NCBI GenBank assembly: GCA_011389515.1 | Contig: JAABUA010000002.1 | Location: forward strand, 28,839-92,838 | DNA length: 64,000 nucleotides | From: Desulfobacteraceae bacterium | GTDB lineage: Bacteria; Desulfobacterota; Desulfobacteria; Desulfobacterales; Desulfosalsimonadaceae | Direction of reading: 5' to 3' | Part shown: one piece after another, positions 63,266-64,000 of the stretch | How positions within the stretch are numbered: position 1 is the stretch's first letter | How the letters are laid out: each line of letters begins with the position of its first letter | Position numbers and translations under genes: made by a program | Notes under the pieces: model-generated | What the model was told of the DNA's origin: nothing | What the model saw: the letters and a program-made list of their open reading frames with translations, nothing else | Database searches by the model: none

Positions 63266-64000
63266 TTATCTTTCCGTGCTGATCTTCTTGTCGAGGCCCG
63301 ATGCAATATCCCGGCTGCTCCACATGAAATCGGCAAGGGATGCGCTTTCCATGCGGCCGACTTCCTCCCGGATCCGTCCGATTTCTTCGATACTGCCGAT
63401 AAATACGTCAACGATATCCGGATCAAAGTGCTGCCCCTTTTCAGACAGGATGATGTCCACGGCCACGTCGAATGGATAGGGATCCTTATATGGGCGGGTT
63501 GAGGTCAATGCGTCAAAGGTGTCCGCTATGGCGACAATTCTGCCGGAAATGGGGATGTCTTCCCCGGAAAGGCCCCCGGGATATCCGTTTCCGTTGTATT
63601 TTTCATGGTGGTTCAAGGCGATCTCGTGGCTGAGTTTCAGCACGTCCGCCTTGGCGTTTTCCAGGATGGATGCACCGATGGTGGTATGGGTTTTGACGAT
63701 GTCGAATTCTTCCTTTGTGAGTCGATCCGGTTTCAGCAGAATGTGGTCCGGAATGCCGATTTTTCCGATATCATGCATGGGAGAGGCAAGCTTTATCAGC
63801 TCGACCGTTTCGTGGGGCAGTCCCAGTTTTTCAGCAATGAGCGTGCAGTACCGGCTGATCCTGACAATATGGTCACCGGTGTCTTCATCCTTGTATTCCG
63901 TTGCCGCCACGAGCCGGTTGATGGTATCCAGGTATGCGTATTGAAGATCCTGATGGGTGCTTTCCAATTGGGAGGAGTATTTTACGAGCTGTTCGATATT
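63266..64000 (-). CDS. HD-GYP domain phosphohydrolase (c-di-GMP phosphodiesterase family); N-terminus lies outside the window
   Basis: ...DTGDHIVRISRY...ASPMHDIGKIGIPDHILLKPDRLTKEEFDIVKTHTTIG...HHEKYNGNGYPGGL. The frame stays open to nt 64000 (the track start is an internal TTG). Confidence 0.88.
   Translation of the reverse strand, partial: NIEQLVKYSSQLESTHQDLQYAYLDTINRLVAATEYKDEDTGDHIVRISRYCTLIAEKLGLPHETVELIKLASPMHDIGKIGIPDHILLKPDRLTKEEFDIVKTHTTIGASILENAKADVLKLSHEIALNHHEKYNGNGYPGGLSGEDIPISGRIVAIADTFDALTSTRPYKDPYPFDVAVDIILSEKGQHFDPDIVDVFIGSIEEIGRIREEVGRMESASLADFMWSSRDIASGLDKKISTER

Noticed and set aside
1-64000. CRISPR arrays, rRNA/tRNA genes, transposases, integrases, phage genes and recognisable toxin-antitoxin or restriction/defence modules
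   Set aside because: No direct-repeat/spacer arrays, no rRNA-like or cloverleaf sequences, and no ORF with DDE, tyrosine-recombinase or serine-recombinase motifs were seen. The repeat family therefore appears non-autonomous within this window.

Overview
This 64 kb window looks chromosomal, with about 52-55% GC by eye. It resembles a Desulfobacterales-type sulfate reducer. That is an inference from an AhbA/B-type siroheme decarboxylase fragment, an AbfD-like dehydratase, HEINNPL-type histidine kinases and sigma-54 components. All family calls come from motif recognition on the supplied translations; no database search was run.

Housekeeping genes occupy the edges and scattered positions: tkt, pncB, queF, a dus-family gene, carB, galE-rfbA-rfbB, radical SAM enzymes and a TetR regulator with an APH-like kinase.

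The window is unusually rich in signalling genes. It holds 6 histidine kinases, 9 receiver (REC) domains (7 of them with no DNA-binding output), 2 sigma-54 activators, a GGDEF protein, an HD-GYP protein, 3 CBS-pair proteins and 2 universal stress proteins.

The most interesting region is about 30.2-46.8 kb. Two convergent operons carry three paralogous modules, each made of a REC-only regulator, a Cache-type histidine kinase and a DASS/SLC13-type anion permease. One permease has an apparently intact REC domain fused to its N-terminus (38303-40348). Accessory genes in these operons are a REC-CBS fusion, a split REC + CBS pair, a Yip1-like membrane protein, a 44-codon ORF absent from the supplied track, and a 473-aa beta-helix protein of unknown function. 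I read this as a possible phosphorelay-controlled anion uptake system, perhaps for sulfate or dicarboxylates.

A second notable operon (18.9-30.0 kb, minus strand) links two kinases, one carrying a Cys-rich insertion inside its HAMP domain. It also carries a PhnD-like lipoprotein, an NtrC-type regulator and a PEP-synthase-like dikinase next to a dual-specificity phosphatase::YkgJ fusion.

A structured intergenic repeat family of about 130-170 nt occurs in at least 5 copies. I found no rRNA, tRNA, CRISPR array, transposase or integrase.
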